Assembly (NCBI GenBank): GCA_963816145.1
Contig: CAWFJP010000023.1
Span: forward strand, 20,156 to 84,155
Length of the DNA: 64,000 nt
Direction of reading: 5' to 3'
Origin: an uncultured delta proteobacterium
Lineage (GTDB): Bacteria > Desulfobacterota > Binatia > UBA9968
The notes under the pieces are model-generated. The model saw only the letters and a list, made by a program, of their open reading frames with translations. It was not told the DNA's origin and made no database searches. Numbering within the stretch: the first letter of the stretch is position 1; the number at the start of each line of letters is the position of its first letter. This document shows, one piece after another, positions 60,719 through 64,000 of this stretch. Position numbers and translations under genes: made by a program.

Positions 60719-62791
60719 ATGAAGACAGGCGAGTTTTTCAATCTCTACAATCACGGGTTCATCCGTGCCGCAGTCGGCGTTCCAGAAGTCCGGGTGGCTG
60801 ATCCTGCGTTTAACGCGGAACGGACTATCGAGCTTATGGAAAAGGCCGTGCTGGAAAAGGCCATCCTCGTGCTATTTCCGGAGTTGGGGTTATCGGCTTA
60901 TTCCTGCGAGGACCTCTTTCACCAACAGGCATTACTCGACGGCGCGCTTGACGCGCTGCGACGCGTTCTTCAGTCCTCTGCGGCGTTAAATTTGGTTACT
61001 ATAGTAGGAGTCCCACTGCAGGTTGATGACCTCCTGTTTAACTGCGCGGTCATAATTCAGCGCGGTAAAATTCTTGGAATCGTGCCCAAGACATTTTTGC
61101 CCAACTATCGAGAGTTTTACGAATATCGACAGTTCGCCCCGGCGAGCGCGGCCCATAGCAACGTTGTCGAAGTTCTTGACCAGCGAGAAATTCCTTTTGG
61201 GGAGCACCTACTTTTCCGCTGTGAAGAAGTGCCACGGCTGACGTTTTTCGTCGAGATTTGCGAAGACCTCTGGGTGCCCATCCCGCCTTCGTGCACCGCC
61301 GCCCTGGCCGGAGCCACGGTTCTCCTCAATCTCTCCGCTTCAAATGTCACGATTGCCAAGGATGAGTACCGCCACAGCCTGGTCGCCAACCAATCGGCGC
61401 GCTGCTTGGCCGCCTATCTTTACGCTGCGGCCGGAACCGGCGAATCGACCACCGACCTTGCTTGGGACGGGCACGCCATGGTTTACGAGAATGGATCTCT
61501 GGTCGCCGAGTCGGAACGATTCAGCTATGAATCCCAGCTCGTTGTCGCAGAGCTAGATTTGGAACGGCTCACCCAAGAACGAATGCGCCAAAACAGCTTT
61601 GGCCAGAGCATGCAACAGCACCGCGACGAAGTGCGGCAGTTCCGCAAAGTGAGCTTCAGTCTTGAAGTTCCGAGAGCGCAGCCATTGCTTTGTCGGCGCC
61701 AGTTTGAGCGGTTTCCCTACGTACCGTCAGACCCGGAATTGCGCAATCGGCGCTCCTACGAGGCCTACAACATCCAGGTACAAGGGCTGGTGAAACGCCT
61801 TCAGAGTGCTCGCCTATCGAAAGTGGTTATCGGTATCTCCGGCGGTCTGGATTCAACCCATGCTCTCATCGTAGCCGCCCGAGCCATGGACCTCCTGGGG
61901 CTGCCTCGGCCGAATATTCTCGCCTACACCATGCCTGGTTTCGCCACCAGTCAGCGCACTTTGGCAAATGCCAAGGCGCTCATGGAAGCGGTGGGCTGTA
62001 CCGCCGAAGAGATCGACATTCGTCCAAGTTGTGAACAGATGCTGCGCAACATCGGGCACCCATACGCGGGCGGTGAACCTGTCTACGACGTAACGTTTGA
62101 AAATGTTCAGGCCGGAGAACGAACCAGCCACTTGTTTCGGTTGGCCAATCTTCATCAGGCTCTTGTCGTCGGAACCGGTGATCTCAGTGAACTCGCTCTG
62201 GGCTGGTGCACCTACGGTGTGGGCGACCACATGTCGCATTACAACGTCAATGCTAGCGTGCCAAAGACGCTGATCCAGTTTCTGATCCGCTGGCTCGCTG
62301 ACACAAACCAATTAGGCGAAAAGACTAGCCTGGTCCTGCGTTCCATACTCGACACCGACTTTAGCCCGGAACTCGTTCCCGGCGATCCGAACGGCGAGCA
62401 ACCGACGCAGAAAACCGAGGATGTCATTGGCCCTTATGAGCTTCAGGACTTTACTCTCTATTATACCGTGCGCTTTGGTTATCCACCCTCTAAGATAGCG
62501 TTTCTCTCGTACTGTTGTTGGCACGACCGTACGTTGGGACATTGGCCCGACATCTCCGAGACCAGGCGAAATCAGTACACGATCGCCGATATTAAACACT
62601 GGTTAGCAGTTTTTGCCTGGCGGTTTTTCCAGATAAGCCAGTTCAAGCGAAGCTGCATACCGAACGCTCCCAAGGTTGGCTCGGGCGGTTCCCTCTCGCC
62701 CCGCGGCGATTATCGCGCGCCCAGCGATAGCGAAGCCACAGTTTGGCTCGAAGAGATCAAACAGATCCCCGATCACGAGTCCACGCGCTAA
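60719..62791 (+). CDS. nadE: Glutamine-dependent NAD+ synthetase
   Basis: Nitrilase-like domain ([22 protein letters not shown]) plus [38 protein letters not shown]. Confidence 0.96.
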   Translation: MKTGEFFNLYNHGFIRAAVGVPEVRVADPAFNAERTIELMEKAVLEKAILVLFPELGLSAYSCEDLFHQQALLDGALDALRRVLQSSAALNLVTIVGVPLQVDDLLFNCAVIIQRGKILGIVPKTFLPNYREFYEYRQFAPASAAHSNVVEVLDQREIPFGEHLLFRCEEVPRLTFFVEICEDLWVPIPPSCTAALAGATVLLNLSASNVTIAKDEYRHSLVANQSARCLAAYLYAAAGTGESTTDLAWDGHAMVYENGSLVAESERFSYESQLVVAELDLERLTQERMRQNSFGQSMQQHRDEVRQFRKVSFSLEVPRAQPLLCRRQFERFPYVPSDPELRNRRSYEAYNIQVQGLVKRLQSARLSKVVIGISGGLDSTHALIVAARAMDLLGLPRPNILAYTMPGFATSQRTLANAKALMEAVGCTAEEIDIRPSCEQMLRNIGHPYAGGEPVYDVTFENVQAGERTSHLFRLANLHQALVVGTGDLSELALGWCTYGVGDHMSHYNVNASVPKTLIQFLIRWLADTNQLGEKTSLVLRSILDTDFSPELVPGDPNGEQPTQKTEDVIGPYELQDFTLYYTVRFGYPPSKIAFLSYCCWHDRTLGHWPDISETRRNQYTIADIKHWLAVFAWRFFQISQFKRSCIPNAPKVGSGGSLSPRGDYRAPSDSEATVWLEEIKQIPDHESTR

Positions 62792-63059
62792 CCGTCGGTC
62801 AAAACAACCTTCGCATCAGAAACCGCGTCCTTGCCTTGAAGAAAATAGCCGCGGCCTCGATCGCTCTCATTCGGCGATGAAATGGCTGGCATGATTGCCG
62901 ATGCGAGAATCGTCCCGCACGCCGCGACTATCAAGCGTCTCTTCATTCGGCTCTCCTGCTTTTTATTTTATCGGTTGATGTTCATCGCACGACCCTTTTA
63001 AATCGGGTAACTTTCTACATAATTCACAACGAATTGACGATTTCTGGGGGTGATACACT

Positions 63060-63976
63060 TCATCCCTTGGCGGGAAGATCTGGGCGCACAACCAGCACTG
63101 GATTAGCCGCGTGCCGCACCACCGTCTCGGTCACGCTACCCAACACCCAACGTTTCACACCCGACCGGCCGTGCGAGCACATGACGATCAAACTCTTCGG
63201 TGTCTGCTCTGCGATGGACACAATCTCATCAGCCGCAATCCCCTCCTGGAGCAGATAGGAAACCTGCTCGACGCCGCGCTTTCTCAGCTCAGCCATTTTG
63301 GCTTCGAGATAGTTGCGCGCCTGGTCGCGGATGTCTTTCATCAGCTCATCGACATTCACGGCATAGTGTCCGCCACCGCTGATGAATCCGCTATAGGGGT
63401 TGCTGTAAACTCGGATCAAGAACACTTCGAGACGAAGTTTCCTGGAGATCCGGATAACGGTCGGTAGCACGGTTTCCGCCAATTCGGACCCATCCAACGG
63501 GACAATGATCGATGATAAACTTGCTACCTGATTGGCTTCACCCTCATGGTCAGCTCTGACGACCAACACGGGATTCGTCGTCGCGCGCAAGACTTTCTCG
63601 GCCACGCTCCCTAACAACCACCGGTTCAAGCCGGAACGGCCATGCGTGGTCATCGCGATAAGAGTGGCTTTACCCGCTTCGGCTTTTTTGACAATCAGTT
63701 CTGCCGCCCCACCTTGCTCGATGCTCCGCCTCACTCTGCCACCGACAAAGCGACCGGAGATGCGCTCGAGGTAGGTCTTGCTATCGCGCGATCATTGTTC
63801 GACCAGTTTGTCAAAGTGGCGTGCCAAATCGGCGGACGTAAGTAACGTCTCGACATCGACCACCGCCAGCAGGATCCACCGGCAGTTTAAAGCTCTCGGC
63901 AAAAGCACGCGCCCATGGCAGCACTTGCTCTGCGGTTTTCGAGCCGTCAAGCGGTATCAGTAAGTCTCGTGAACAA
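63060..63976 (-). CDS. Tandem-domain universal stress protein (5' part disrupted by apparent indels and a stop)
   Basis: LIPLDGSKTAEQVLP near 63960, THGRSGLNRWLLGSVAEKVLR, IIVPLDGSELAE.VLP, SHGRSGVKRWVLGSVTETVVR. Confidence 0.85.
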
Positions 63977-64000
63977 GCTCTGCCCCCCGCAAACTAGTCC

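Overview
This is a GC-rich bacterial chromosomal segment. Gene content and repeat style resemble Deltaproteobacteria-like soil lineages such as Ca. Binatia (inference only). It has two functional blocks. (1) About 1-43.8 kb is an almost entirely minus-strand envelope/periplasm island: DUF2092, DUF3300/DUF2950, DUF4410, OmpA, SYLF/YSC84, an OprB-type porin, lipoproteins, MscS, arylsulfatase + HAD, and an octaheme cytochrome c-TPR protein. Its regulators are a FixL/FixJ(NodV/W)-like two-component set and a membrane-bound sigma-54 activator. A 20-bp palindrome TATTGGAC-N4-GTCCAATA recurs upstream of its transcription units. The intergenic DNA is colonised by short palindromic/periodic repeats, an ISL3-like MITE with an 8-bp target duplication, a nested structured element and two toxin-antitoxin pairs. 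Two palindromic repeats have landed inside the cytochrome gene. (2) About 43.9-64 kb is a stress/dormancy-like block: pncB, a dienelactone-hydrolase-like protein, class II RNR, archaeal-type SAM synthetase, prs, CapA-like, clpB, DksA-BON, a PolX-N-like protein, a FixL-type heme-PAS kinase, nadE and a tandem USP. Its core matches the Mycobacterium tuberculosis DosR-regulon cluster Rv0570-Rv0574c, but here it carries sigma-54 promoter motifs. About ten genes carry single frameshifts, most simply explained by long-read indel errors. No rRNA, tRNA or CRISPR array was seen. All family assignments are by motif recognition, not database search.
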